Virus record (IMG/VR): IMGVR_UViG_3300011114_000226
Location: 1-63,616 of that record
Reading direction: 5' to 3' (one strand)
Length of the DNA: 63,616 nucleotides
Origin: a virus
Lineage: Duplodnaviria > Caudoviricetes
A program made the translations under genes and the position numbers. Positions 1-9,865 of this stretch are shown here, one piece after another (the first letter of the stretch is position 1; every line of letters starts with the position of its first letter). A model generated the notes under the pieces. That model was not told where the DNA came from. It worked only from the letters and a program-made list of their open reading frames with translations, and searched no databases.

Positions 1-89
1 ATTTGGAATGGGCGACTCAGTTGATGCGTCTGTGACAAGAAATGCTGGATCAAATGATGAGTTTGGTCTAAACGGCGTCTATACATTTA
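1..89. repeat. Terminal overlap identical to 63528-63616; circular assembly with a unit genome of about 63,527 bp
   Basis: atttggaatgggcgactcag...ctatacattta occurs at both ends and the reading frame continues across the join. Confidence 0.95.
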
Positions 90-580
90 CATGCTACGAT
101 CAAGACGGCAATGTTAAATGGGAAGACAATTTTGAAAATTTAACAACAAACGTAGGTCGTCAAAGCTTACTTAATTCATACTTTGCTAACACAGGCGGCG
201 GCGCAGTTGTTATGGGTCTTATGACTAATAATGCTGTACCATCATCTACACCAGCTTACACAGACACACAAGCATCTCATGCAGGTTGGTTTGAAGCAGG
301 CGGTACAAATTTACCTACATACTCTGGCACAAGAAAAACACCAGCGTTTAGTACTGCAACAAATGCTAACCCATCAGTGCTTTCTACAAGTGCTGCGGTA
401 GTATTCTCAATGACTGGTTCTGGTACTGTAACAGGTGCATTTATTAATATTGGTGGTTCATCAACAATTGATAACACAACAGGTACATTGTTCTCTGCAG
501 GTAACTTTACAGCAGGTTCTAAAACTGTAACATCAGGCGACACAATTAACGTAACATACACTTTATCAGCTTCGGGCTAA
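8..580 (+). CDS. Virion structural protein (tail region); true start at 63511 across the circular join (MSNIDKFGMGDS...)
   Basis: Thr/Ser/Gly-rich beta-type sequence; AAGGAG precedes the ATG at 63511; structural module context. Confidence 0.7.
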   Translation: MGDSVDASVTRNAGSNDEFGLNGVYTFTCYDQDGNVKWEDNFENLTTNVGRQSLLNSYFANTGGGAVVMGLMTNNAVPSSTPAYTDTQASHAGWFEAGGTNLPTYSGTRKTPAFSTATNANPSVLSTSAAVVFSMTGSGTVTGAFINIGGSSTIDNTTGTLFSAGNFTAGSKTVTSGDTINVTYTLSASG

Positions 581-590
581 GGAGTCCTAA

Positions 591-1988
591 ATGGCTCTAG
601 TAGTCTATGATCGTGTACAAGAAACGACGACTACATCAGGTACAGGTTCTGTAACCTTACTTGGTGCAGTCAGCGGATTCCAATCGTTTGCTGTTGTTGG
701 AAATACTAATACTACCTATTACACTATTACAGATGGTGCTCAATGGGAAGTAGGTATTGGCACGTATTCTACATCGGGTCCTACGTTAGCACGTACTACA
801 GTATTATCTAATTCAAATGGTAATACAACACCTATTACTCTATCAGGTGGACTAGCTCAAGTCTTTGTTACTTATACCGCTGAAAAATCAGTCAATCTAG
901 ATGCATCGGACAATGTTACTCCTTTAGGTACCATTGCGTCTGGCACTTGGCAAGGAACTACGGTTGGAGTTTCTTACGGTGGTACAGGTGTAACAGCTTC
1001 TTCAGGTGCAAGTAGCGTAGTACTAAGAGATGCTAATCAAAATACTTCACTTAATAATATATTTAGAAATACAACGTCTACAGTGTCTACTGGTGGTACA
1101 ACAGTACTTACAGCAGCTTCATCATTTACACAAGTTTTAACTGGTACTTTAGCTCAAACATATCAGTTACCTGATGCTACTACATTAGTTAATGGTGCAA
1201 GCTTTCAGTTTAATAATAACTCAACGGGTCTTTTAACTATCGTAAATAATGGGTCAGGTGCAGTTGCAACTGTAGCTGCTGGTGGTGCGGCTCAAATATT
1301 TTTAACATCAACAAGCACTTCTAATGGTACTTGGGATGTGCATGGTTATATACCTGAAAATGTTACTTGGGGTACAAACGCCTTATCTTTAGGTTCTACT
1401 GTAATTACAGGTGGTACTTGGAATGGTGGTACGATTGGTACAGCTTATGGTGGTACAGGTCTAACTAGCTTTACTTCTGGTGGTGCTTTATATGCAACAT
1501 CAACATCGTCATTAACAAGTGGTACGTTACCTGCTACCTCAGGCGGTACAGGATTATCAACATACACAACAGGCGATGTCATATATGCAAGTGCTACAAA
1601 TACGTTAGCTAAAGTAGGTATTGGATCAACAGGACAAGTTCTTACAGTAGCAGGCGGTATTCCAACATGGGCTGCAGCAGCATCTGGCGTTACCATTACT
1701 AACGATACATCTACGGCTACAGCGTTATATCCAACATTTACAAGTGCTACTTCAGGATCAGTATCTGGACTTAACGTTACAAGTACCAAACTTACGTTTG
1801 TGCCAACAACAGGTTCTTTAACTGCGCCACAAACTGTGGCATCAAATGGTCTAGTTGTAAATAGTAATACAGTAAGTGCAAGTTATAGTATTCCAAGTGG
1901 ATCAAGTGCTACAAGTACAGGTCCTATGACTATAGGTAGCGGAGTTACTGTGACTGTACCTACTGGATCTAGGTGGGTAGTGTTATAA
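591..1988 (+). CDS. Tail fibre-like structural protein
   Basis: Thr/Gly/Ser-rich, repeated GTWxGxxI/VxxxYGGTG fibre motifs, C-terminal GVTVTVPTGSRWVVL. Confidence 0.7.
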   Translation: MALVVYDRVQETTTTSGTGSVTLLGAVSGFQSFAVVGNTNTTYYTITDGAQWEVGIGTYSTSGPTLARTTVLSNSNGNTTPITLSGGLAQVFVTYTAEKSVNLDASDNVTPLGTIASGTWQGTTVGVSYGGTGVTASSGASSVVLRDANQNTSLNNIFRNTTSTVSTGGTTVLTAASSFTQVLTGTLAQTYQLPDATTLVNGASFQFNNNSTGLLTIVNNGSGAVATVAAGGAAQIFLTSTSTSNGTWDVHGYIPENVTWGTNALSLGSTVITGGTWNGGTIGTAYGGTGLTSFTSGGALYATSTSSLTSGTLPATSGGTGLSTYTTGDVIYASATNTLAKVGIGSTGQVLTVAGGIPTWAAAASGVTITNDTSTATALYPTFTSATSGSVSGLNVTSTKLTFVPTTGSLTAPQTVASNGLVVNSNTVSASYSIPSGSSATSTGPMTIGSGVTVTVPTGSRWVVL

Positions 1989-1989
1989 C

Positions 1990-2928
1990 ATGTTTGGGCT
2001 ATCGACCTTTGCCCAAGCTCCGTTCGCTTCATTAGGTGGTACAAAATTTGATGTAGCGGTAGCCGAGAGTTATAGTTTAAGTGATGTCTATGCTATATCA
2101 AGCGTAGATTATGTTGGTTTAGTTGAAGATACGGTTGCATTAACAGATGATGTACCTAACCAATTTAATTACTTTTTAACTAACGCAGAAGCGTTTGACC
2201 TAGCAGATGACTATACAGGTAATTTAGATTCGAACGCTGCTAATGATGAAAGTTTAACACTTACTACAGCAGAACTAGGTGCATGGAATACAAGTGCATC
2301 ATTAGCTGAAACATTTAGTATAAGTGAAGCAGTGTCTTCAATCGTTACTTTCTTAGCGGAAGAAGCTGAAAGTGCAGTGCTTAGTACAACTGAAGCAGCT
2401 CAAGCTGACTTTGTAGGATTAGATGAAGAAGCCGTTACCTTAACTACAACAGAAGCAGCTCAGGCTGACTTAGTAGGATTAAATAGTGAGGCTATAACTT
2501 TATCAGATACAGAAGCTGCACAAGCAGACTTAGTAGGCGCAGTTGATGAAAGTACTACTTTAATTGACGAAGAAATTGGTAATGCTGATATTAGCACCGC
2601 AGTAGATGAGACATTTACTTTATCAGATGACTATGGCAGCGGATTTACTTTCTTTGTAACCATAGATGAAACAGCAACATTAACAGATGCTTACGGTGGT
2701 ATAAGAGCAGTTTTTGCATCAGTGACTGATACGACCGGATTAACAGATACTTACACAGTGGTTGCTAACTTTAGCCCAACAGTGCTTGAAACTCTAACCC
2801 TTTTGGATTCGGCTTTTGCTACGGGTTGGTTTGTAATAAATGATTCACAGACACCTAGCTGGGTTGATGTTAACGATGCTCAAACACCAAGTTGGAGCGT
2901 AATACCCACTACTATACCTAGTAGTTAG
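1990..2928 (+). CDS. Highly acidic structural protein with ~20-aa tandem repeats
   Basis: EAAQAD(F/L)VG repeats at 60-nt spacing; very few K/R residues. Confidence 0.65.
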   Translation: MFGLSTFAQAPFASLGGTKFDVAVAESYSLSDVYAISSVDYVGLVEDTVALTDDVPNQFNYFLTNAEAFDLADDYTGNLDSNAANDESLTLTTAELGAWNTSASLAETFSISEAVSSIVTFLAEEAESAVLSTTEAAQADFVGLDEEAVTLTTTEAAQADLVGLNSEAITLSDTEAAQADLVGAVDESTTLIDEEIGNADISTAVDETFTLSDDYGSGFTFFVTIDETATLTDAYGGIRAVFASVTDTTGLTDTYTVVANFSPTVLETLTLLDSAFATGWFVINDSQTPSWVDVNDAQTPSWSVIPTTIPSS

Positions 2929-2960
2929 GTTATAATACGAATATATAAAAAGGACGATTT

Positions 2961-3908
2961 ATGGCAAGTACCTATAGTGATTTAAAGATAGAACTTATCG
3001 GGACTGGTGAGCAATCAGGTACCTGGGGCACCACTACGAATACCAATTTTAGCACTGCAATATCTGAGGCTATTACTGGTACTGCTGATGTTGCCTTCTC
3101 AAGTGCAGATGTCACTTTAACACTTACTAATACTAATTCTGCTCAAACAGCTCGTAACTTAAGACTTAATTTAACAGGTACTTCAGGCGGTGCTCGTAAC
3201 TTAATCCTAGGTTCAGGCTGTCAAATTGAGAAATTCTACCTAATAAACAACGGTGTATCTGACGCAGTTACAGTAAAAAATACAACAGGTTCAGGTGTAA
3301 TAGTTCCTGCTGGAACAGCTATGTTGGTCTTTAATAACGGTACTGATGTGGTTAATCCCCTTACTTATTTTACAGGTACTTTAGTATCTAGTTCAGCTAC
3401 GATTACAGGCGGTACAATTAATGGTACATCCATCGGTGGAAGTACAGCTGCCGCAGGTTCATTTACTTCATTAGCAGCGTCTGGTAATACAACCTTAACA
3501 GGTGACTTAGCCGTTAATGGAAACACTACACTTGGTAATGCGTCTGGTGATACAATACTACTTAATGCTGCGACAGCTACCATACCTAACAATTTAACTT
3601 TTAGTGGTACAGGTACTATTAGATTACCTAATGGTACAACAGCAGAAAGACCTAGCCCAACAGCAGGTATGATTCGTTATAATACTACGGAAAATACTTT
3701 TGAAGGTTATGCTGCGGGTCAATGGGGATCTATTGGCGGTGGTGCTACAGGTGGTGGTGGTGACCAAGTATTCTATGAAAACGAATTAACAGTAACAGCA
3801 AATTACACATTAACAACAAGCAGAAACGCAATGTCTACAGGACCCATAACAATCGATTCAGGTGTTACCGTGACAGTTCCAACAAATCAGCGTTGGGTCA
3901 TATTATAG
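2961..3908 (+). CDS. Tail fibre or fibre-anchor protein
   Basis: GTTAERP...GMIRYNT fibre motif; C-terminal domain shared with 591-1988. Confidence 0.7.
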   Translation: MASTYSDLKIELIGTGEQSGTWGTTTNTNFSTAISEAITGTADVAFSSADVTLTLTNTNSAQTARNLRLNLTGTSGGARNLILGSGCQIEKFYLINNGVSDAVTVKNTTGSGVIVPAGTAMLVFNNGTDVVNPLTYFTGTLVSSSATITGGTINGTSIGGSTAAAGSFTSLAASGNTTLTGDLAVNGNTTLGNASGDTILLNAATATIPNNLTFSGTGTIRLPNGTTAERPSPTAGMIRYNTTENTFEGYAAGQWGSIGGGATGGGGDQVFYENELTVTANYTLTTSRNAMSTGPITIDSGVTVTVPTNQRWVIL

Positions 3909-3917
3909 GAGAAGTAA

Positions 3918-4670
3918 ATGGCACAAATTATTCTAGATTCTAATAATAACTTAATACAAGGTGACTTTGATAACGCCACGTTAAACAATCGTACTAAGTT
4001 ACAAACGACAACTACTAATGCTACGACTAACGTCTATGTAGTTCCTAACGGCTCATCTACATCTGCAGGGGTTTCTGTTGCTAATAACTCAAGCCTTACT
4101 AATGCATCTAAAATTGTCATGGCTACAAACGGTACAACCGACACACAAATTATTTCTGGTGTAAATGGTTCTGGTACTTACTTACCGATGAGCTTCTACA
4201 CCAACAACACCCTAGCAATGCAAATAGGAACGAATGGTCAAATAACTGTGGCGGCTACGGCTAATCCAGCGTTTAGTGCTTGTAAATCTGGAAGTGCACA
4301 ATCAATTACTTCAGGAGTTTATACAAAAGTTACATTTAATACAGAGAATTTTGATACTAATAACAACTTTACCTCATCAACATTTACTCCTACTGTAGCA
4401 GGATATTATCAAATTAACGGCAGAGTAGATTCGGAAACATCTGGATCTATTACTAGACTTTTAATTGCTATATTTAAAAACGGCATTGAAGCTACTAGAG
4501 GCGGTGATATGTTAGCTGGAAATGCAGTTGTTGTTAGTGATGTTATATATTGCAATGGGACTACTGACTATCTTGAAATTTATACCTATATGATTGGAAC
4601 AAGTTTAGTTGCTAGAGCTAATGTGGCTAATCTTACTTATTTTAGTGGTTCTATGATTAGGAGTGCATAA
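3918..4670 (+). CDS. Fibre/receptor-binding protein with C1q/TNF-like C-terminal domain
   Basis: PAFSA...TKVTFNTENFDTNNNF...FTPTVAGYYQIN signature. Confidence 0.65.
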   Translation: MAQIILDSNNNLIQGDFDNATLNNRTKLQTTTTNATTNVYVVPNGSSTSAGVSVANNSSLTNASKIVMATNGTTDTQIISGVNGSGTYLPMSFYTNNTLAMQIGTNGQITVAATANPAFSACKSGSAQSITSGVYTKVTFNTENFDTNNNFTSSTFTPTVAGYYQINGRVDSETSGSITRLLIAIFKNGIEATRGGDMLAGNAVVVSDVIYCNGTTDYLEIYTYMIGTSLVARANVANLTYFSGSMIRSA

Positions 4671-4837
4671 TGACTTTATACGAAAAAATTATATCTATTT
4701 ACCCAGAACTAGCAGACTTTGATTTTGCATCTGGAGTCATCACTTTACAAAACGACAGCGATGGTAAAGGTGACTACATAGCTAAATGGGATCACCCAAC
4801 GTTACCACGTCCAACAAAAGAACAACTAGGAGCATAA
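4670..4837 (+). CDS. Small XkdW-like fibre-associated protein, 55 aa (not in ORF track)
   Basis: MTLYEKIISIYPEL...LQNDSDGKGDYIAKWDHPTLPRPTKEQL; TAATG coupling to the upstream gene. Confidence 0.7.
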   Translation: MTLYEKIISIYPELADFDFASGVITLQNDSDGKGDYIAKWDHPTLPRPTKEQLGA

Positions 4838-4840
4838 CCA

Positions 4841-6112
4841 ATGTCCTCACTCATTTTAGCCGGAGATACCTCAGGAGCCATAACGTTAACAGTGCCAACC
4901 GCGGCTGGAACGAATACAATCACGCTTCCCGCTTCAACCGGTACTGCGATAACGACAGCGTCTACATCAGGTATACCTGGTACAGTTAACTGGACAACAG
5001 TACAAACATCAAGCGTTAGCCCAGCGGTAGCAGGTACAGGCTATCCAATGAACACAACAAGCGGTGCTTTAACTGTGACACTCCCAGCAACACCCACAGC
5101 AGGTAACATGATTTCTATTGTGGACTATGCGGGTACAGCAGCTACAAATAATATAACAATCAATCTAAATGGAAACAAGATTCAAGGCTCAACTTCTGAC
5201 AGACTAATAAATACAAATAGAGAAGCTATTAATTTAGTTTATGTAGATAGTACCCAAGGCTGGCTTGCTTACTCTGATGTTTATTCTACAACGGCTCCTA
5301 TACCTCTAATACCTTATACAGCTTCATATCTTTTAGTGGCTGGTGGTGGTGGAGGTGGTTCAACAACTGGCGGCGGCGGCGGTGCAGGTGGTTATTTAAC
5401 AGGTACAACATCTTTATCCGTTGGAACAGTTTATACAGCTACAGTAGGTGGTGGTGGAAATGGTGGAACAACACCAGCAAGCGGCACACAAGGGTCAAGC
5501 TCTACATTTACAGGATTAACTACTGCTGTAGGTGGTGGTAGTGGCGGAGGAAATGGTACTCCTGCTGGTGTTGGTGGTAATGGCGGTTCAGGTGGTGGTG
5601 CTGGATGGGGAACTAATCCAGCAGGTACAGGAACTCCAGGGCAAGGAAATAATGGCGGTGCTGGAGCATCTTCTCCTCCAATAGGTGGTGGTGGTGGTGG
5701 AGCTTCTGCTGTAGGCTCTGCTGGCGGTCCTGCAAGTGGGGGCAATGGTGGGTCTGGTACGGCAAATTCAATTACAGGAACCCCTGCCTTTTATTCAGGT
5801 GGTGGCGGTGCTGGATACTATATATCAACCCCTGCAGGAGCAGGAACTCCATCAACTGGCGGTGGCGGTGCTGGTGGAACTCCTGCAAACGGAGCAGGAA
5901 CTGCAGGAACTGCAAATTCAGGTGGTGGAGGTGGAGGTGGAGGTGTTCCCGCTGCTCCACAAGCAGGCGGTGCTGGAGGTTCAGGTGTAGTTATACTTTC
6001 TGTTCCAACAGCTAATTACTCTGGTACTACAACAGGCTCACCTACCATTACAACATCAGGTAGCAATACAATTATTAGATGGACTAGTGGTTCAGGAACC
6101 TACACAGCATAA
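4841..6112 (+). CDS. Glycine-rich fibre/adhesin paralog 1
   Basis: N-terminal TVTLPATP..IVDYAGTA domain; Gly-rich domain from YLLVAGGG to GTYTA. Confidence 0.75.
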   Translation: MSSLILAGDTSGAITLTVPTAAGTNTITLPASTGTAITTASTSGIPGTVNWTTVQTSSVSPAVAGTGYPMNTTSGALTVTLPATPTAGNMISIVDYAGTAATNNITINLNGNKIQGSTSDRLINTNREAINLVYVDSTQGWLAYSDVYSTTAPIPLIPYTASYLLVAGGGGGGSTTGGGGGAGGYLTGTTSLSVGTVYTATVGGGGNGGTTPASGTQGSSSTFTGLTTAVGGGSGGGNGTPAGVGGNGGSGGGAGWGTNPAGTGTPGQGNNGGAGASSPPIGGGGGGASAVGSAGGPASGGNGGSGTANSITGTPAFYSGGGGAGYYISTPAGAGTPSTGGGGAGGTPANGAGTAGTANSGGGGGGGGVPAAPQAGGAGGSGVVILSVPTANYSGTTTGSPTITTSGSNTIIRWTSGSGTYTA

Positions 6113-7383
6113 TGGCTTCTTTCATTGTTTACGGTGATGCGTCAGGTCAAGTAACGGTTGCAGCACCTGCTGCTGCGGGTACCAATACAATTACGTTTCC
6201 TGCGGAAACAGGAACGCTGATAACATCAGCCTATACAGGCGCAGCCCTTCCTGGTCAAATCGCGTGGGATACCACAGTAAAGACATCAGGTTTTACAGCA
6301 GCAATAGATGGTGGTTATTTTTGTAATACAACAGGCGGAGCGTTTACAGTAACCCTACCAGCAACCCCAACACGTGGTGACTTTGTAGTCATTGTTGACT
6401 ATGCAGGAACTGCAGGAACAAACAACATCTTAATTGGGGCTAACGGAAATAACATAAATGGAATATCAGGTAATGCGGCTATAAGAACTAATAGACAAGG
6501 TTTAACGCTTACTTATATTGATGCAACACAAGGTTGGTTAGCTACAAGTAATGTTTATGCAACTTCTTTTGGTGTACCTTATACTGCTTCTTATTTAGTT
6601 GTAGCTGGCGGAGGTGGTGCTGGCGGTCGTAGGGGTGGAGGTGGTGGTGCTGGAGGTTTATTAACTGGAACTACTACTCTTACCCAAGGCACAGTTTATA
6701 CAGCTACTGTAGGTGCAGGGGGTAATGGCGGAGATGGCACACCGTCTCCTTCAACTGTTGGTTCAAATTCTATTATTTCAGGTACAGGGTTAACCACTAT
6801 AACTGCTATTGGTGGCGGTGGCGGGGGTGGCGGAACTGACACAGCTGCTTCTAATGGTGGTTCAGGTGGAGGTGCAGGTCGACAACCTAACAATACTGCC
6901 GGAACAGGAACTCCTGGTCAAGGTAATAATGGTGGTTCTAGTATCAATGCAGGATCAGGCGGTGGTGGCGGTGCTTCTGCTGTTGGCGGAAATGGAACAA
7001 CACCAGCTTCAGGAAATGGTGGTAACGGAACTGCATCTTCTATTAGCGGTTCATCTGTAACTTATGCTGGCGGCGGTGGCGCCGGTGGCGGTGCATCATC
7101 TCCATTAACGGGTTCAGCAGGATCAGGCGGTACAGGCGGAGGCGGTAATGGTTCTACTGGTGGTACCGGAACTACTGGAACTGCAAATACTGGTGGTGGT
7201 GGTGGCGGTGGAGGTTGGAATGCTCCAACAGGATATTCAGGTGGTAATGGTGGCTCAGGCGTAGTTATACTAAGTGTACCTACAGCTTTTTATTCAGGTA
7301 CAACTACTGGAAGCCCTACAATAACTACGTCAGGATCTAATACAATTCTTACATACACAACTTCAGGAACTTACACAGCATAG
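6112..7383 (+). CDS. Glycine-rich fibre/adhesin paralog 2
   Basis: Same architecture and length (423 aa) as paralog 1. Confidence 0.75.
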   Translation: MASFIVYGDASGQVTVAAPAAAGTNTITFPAETGTLITSAYTGAALPGQIAWDTTVKTSGFTAAIDGGYFCNTTGGAFTVTLPATPTRGDFVVIVDYAGTAGTNNILIGANGNNINGISGNAAIRTNRQGLTLTYIDATQGWLATSNVYATSFGVPYTASYLVVAGGGGAGGRRGGGGGAGGLLTGTTTLTQGTVYTATVGAGGNGGDGTPSPSTVGSNSIISGTGLTTITAIGGGGGGGGTDTAASNGGSGGGAGRQPNNTAGTGTPGQGNNGGSSINAGSGGGGGASAVGGNGTTPASGNGGNGTASSISGSSVTYAGGGGAGGGASSPLTGSAGSGGTGGGGNGSTGGTGTTGTANTGGGGGGGGWNAPTGYSGGNGGSGVVILSVPTAFYSGTTTGSPTITTSGSNTILTYTTSGTYTA

Positions 7384-7392
7384 GGTATAATT

Positions 7393-7671
7393 ATGGCAAA
7401 GATGACTATAGAAGAACTTATTAAAGAATTTAGTAACGAACAAGGTTTTCAATTTGGTATTGACATCGTAATGAAGTCATTAAGACCAGGTGCACTTTAC
7501 GGCTTATCAGCCTCTGGAGGCACTTTTGAAATTGTATCGTGGGATGAGTCAAACGAATTACCACCACCATCATCACAAGAAATACGAGATGAATATATTC
7601 GTCACCAAACCATCAAAGAATTTTTAGACAGTATTAAGAACTACGAAGAACTATATAGGAAGCTTGCATGA
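7393..7671 (+). CDS. Small fibre-associated protein, possibly an XkdW-like chaperone
   Basis: SLRPGA...W...PPPSxxEI pattern; lies within the fibre array. Confidence 0.5.
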   Translation: MAKMTIEELIKEFSNEQGFQFGIDIVMKSLRPGALYGLSASGGTFEIVSWDESNELPPPSSQEIRDEYIRHQTIKEFLDSIKNYEELYRKLA

Positions 7672-8741
7672 GTATTGTTTTAGATCCAGTTAACGGAATT
7701 ACCCAAGCCTCATGGACTACAGCAGGTCGCCCTGCTTCGCCTAGTGCAGGTCAGGTAGGGTTTAATACAAGTTTAAATTCGTTAGAACAATATACAGGCA
7801 CAGCTTGGCAAACAATACCAAGTTGGACAACAGCGAATAGACCCGTAACACCCGTAGCTGGATACCAAGGATACAACACTTCACTAAGTGCTTTTGAGTT
7901 TTATAACGGCACGACATGGGTTGGGTTTAATAGTTCTATTCCGTATTCTGTGTCTTACCTTGTGGTTGCAGGTGGCGGTGGTGGCGGATATTATTTTGCT
8001 GGTGGTGGTGGAGCTGGTGGTTATTTAACAGGTACAACAAATTTAATAGCTGGAACTACATATACCATTACAGTGGGTAGTGGCGGAGCTGGAGGAACAT
8101 CATCAGTAAATATAGCATCTAGTGGTGTTGATTCATCAGTATCAGGGTCTGGATTAACAACTATTACTTCAACTGGTGGTGGTGGTGGTTGTGGTGGTGG
8201 ATCTGGAAATGGATTAAATGGTGGTTCAGGTGGAGGCGGTTCTGGAGCTTCTGCAGGCGTAGGAGGATCTGGAACTCCTGGTCAGGGAAATAATGGTGGT
8301 ACAGGCGCTCAAGGTTCAGCAAATTTTGGCGGAGGTGGCGGTGGCGGTGCTTCTGCGGTAGGAGCTGTGGGAACTGGATCAGTAGGTGGTAATGGCGGTG
8401 CAGGAACAGCTTCAAGTATTACAGGTACTCCAGCTACTTATGCTGGTGGTGGTGGTGGCGGAATTTATTTATCAGGTACTGTTGGTACAGGAGGATCAGG
8501 CGGAGGTGGAGCTGGATCTATAGGTCTTGCAACTGCTGGAACTGCAAATACAGGTGGTGGCGGTGGAGGATCTGAAAGAGGTAGTGGAAACACATCAGGT
8601 GCTGCAGGTGGTTCAGGAGTAGTTATTATTTCAGTGCCAACAGCTTCATATAAAGGAAATTACACAGGACCTGCTACAACAGGAACAAACGGATCAAACA
8701 CTTGGATTAGATGGACAGGTTCAGGAACATATACAGCTTAG
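7668..8741 (+). CDS. Glycine-rich fibre/adhesin paralog 3
   Basis: Duplicated WTTAxRP..GxxG(F/Y)NT N-terminal motif plus the shared Gly-rich domain. Confidence 0.75.
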   Translation: MSIVLDPVNGITQASWTTAGRPASPSAGQVGFNTSLNSLEQYTGTAWQTIPSWTTANRPVTPVAGYQGYNTSLSAFEFYNGTTWVGFNSSIPYSVSYLVVAGGGGGGYYFAGGGGAGGYLTGTTNLIAGTTYTITVGSGGAGGTSSVNIASSGVDSSVSGSGLTTITSTGGGGGCGGGSGNGLNGGSGGGGSGASAGVGGSGTPGQGNNGGTGAQGSANFGGGGGGGASAVGAVGTGSVGGNGGAGTASSITGTPATYAGGGGGGIYLSGTVGTGGSGGGGAGSIGLATAGTANTGGGGGGSERGSGNTSGAAGGSGVVIISVPTASYKGNYTGPATTGTNGSNTWIRWTGSGTYTA

Positions 8742-8750
8742 GAGAAAGAA

Positions 8751-9863
8751 ATGCCAATAACAATTAACGGAACAACAGGGATAAACAACGTAACTTGGTC
8801 AACTGCAGGTCGTCCACTCTCGCCTGCTACAGGTCAAACAGGTTATAACACAACCCTCAATGCCTACGAAACATACAACGGTACTGGCTGGACTGTGACT
8901 GCATCATGGACAACTGCAAATCGCCCTGTAACTCCCGCTGCAGGATACTCAGGCTATAACACAACCCTAGCTGCATTTGAATTTTATAATGGTTCATCTT
9001 GGGTTTCTATTAACTCTAACTATCTTATTTATACAGCTTCATATTTAATTGTAGCTGGTGGTGGAGCTGGTGGTGGTTGTGGTCCAGCAGGTGCTAGATA
9101 TGGTGCTGCTGGCGGAGGGGCTGGTGGATATTTAACTGGGACTATAACATTAAATGTGGGGACAGTTTATACAGCTGTTGTAGGCGCTGGAGGAACTGGA
9201 GTTGCAGCTGCGAATCCATCATCTGCTCAAGGTGGTAGCGGATCTAATTCAACTTTCCCAGGAGTAACTGCTACTGTAGGTGGCGGTGGTGGCGGATATG
9301 ATACGGGTCCAGTTGGATCAAATGGATCTTCTGGAGGCTCTGGCGGAGGTGGTGGAGGTAATGGTAGTGTTGGTGGTAGTGGTACATCTGGACAAGGTTC
9401 TGCTGGAGGTAGTTCATCTCCAATTCCATCCCCCCAAGGAGCTGGTGGTGGTGGCGGTGGCGCAGGTGGTGTAGGATCAACCGCAACTAATGGTGTAGGA
9501 GGTAATGGTGGTGCGGGTACAGCCTCATCTATTACTGGAACTCCTGCTACATATGCTGGTGGTGGAGGTGGCGGACTTTATACATCTGGTACTGCGGGAT
9601 CTGCGGGATCTGGAGGTGGAGGTGCTGGAGGTGCGGTTGCAAATTCTGGTGCTGCTGGTACAGCTAATACAGGTGGTGGAGGTGGTGGAAGTTCAGCCAA
9701 CGGCGGATTGTTAGCAGGAGGTAATGGTGGTTCTGGTGTAGTTATTCTATCCGTCCCAACTGCAAACTATACGGGTACCGTAACAGGTTCACCAACAGTG
9801 ACAACATCAGGAAGTAATACTATAATTAAATGGACCAGTGGTTCTGGTACATACACAGCTTAA
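8751..9863 (+). CDS. Glycine-rich fibre/adhesin paralog 4
   Basis: Same architecture as paralog 3. Confidence 0.75.
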   Translation: MPITINGTTGINNVTWSTAGRPLSPATGQTGYNTTLNAYETYNGTGWTVTASWTTANRPVTPAAGYSGYNTTLAAFEFYNGSSWVSINSNYLIYTASYLIVAGGGAGGGCGPAGARYGAAGGGAGGYLTGTITLNVGTVYTAVVGAGGTGVAAANPSSAQGGSGSNSTFPGVTATVGGGGGGYDTGPVGSNGSSGGSGGGGGGNGSVGGSGTSGQGSAGGSSSPIPSPQGAGGGGGGAGGVGSTATNGVGGNGGAGTASSITGTPATYAGGGGGGLYTSGTAGSAGSGGGGAGGAVANSGAAGTANTGGGGGGSSANGGLLAGGNGGSGVVILSVPTANYTGTVTGSPTVTTSGSNTIIKWTSGSGTYTA

Positions 9864-9865
9864 CA

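Noticed and set aside
5431-9714. Pro-rich, His-rich and Val-rich alternative-frame ORFs over the Gly-rich genes
   Set aside because: Shadows of GGT/GGC codon runs, with no RBS or independent features
4841-9863. Diversity-generating retroelement acting on the fibre paralogs
   Set aside because: No reverse transcriptase and no adenine-specific template/variable repeat pair seen
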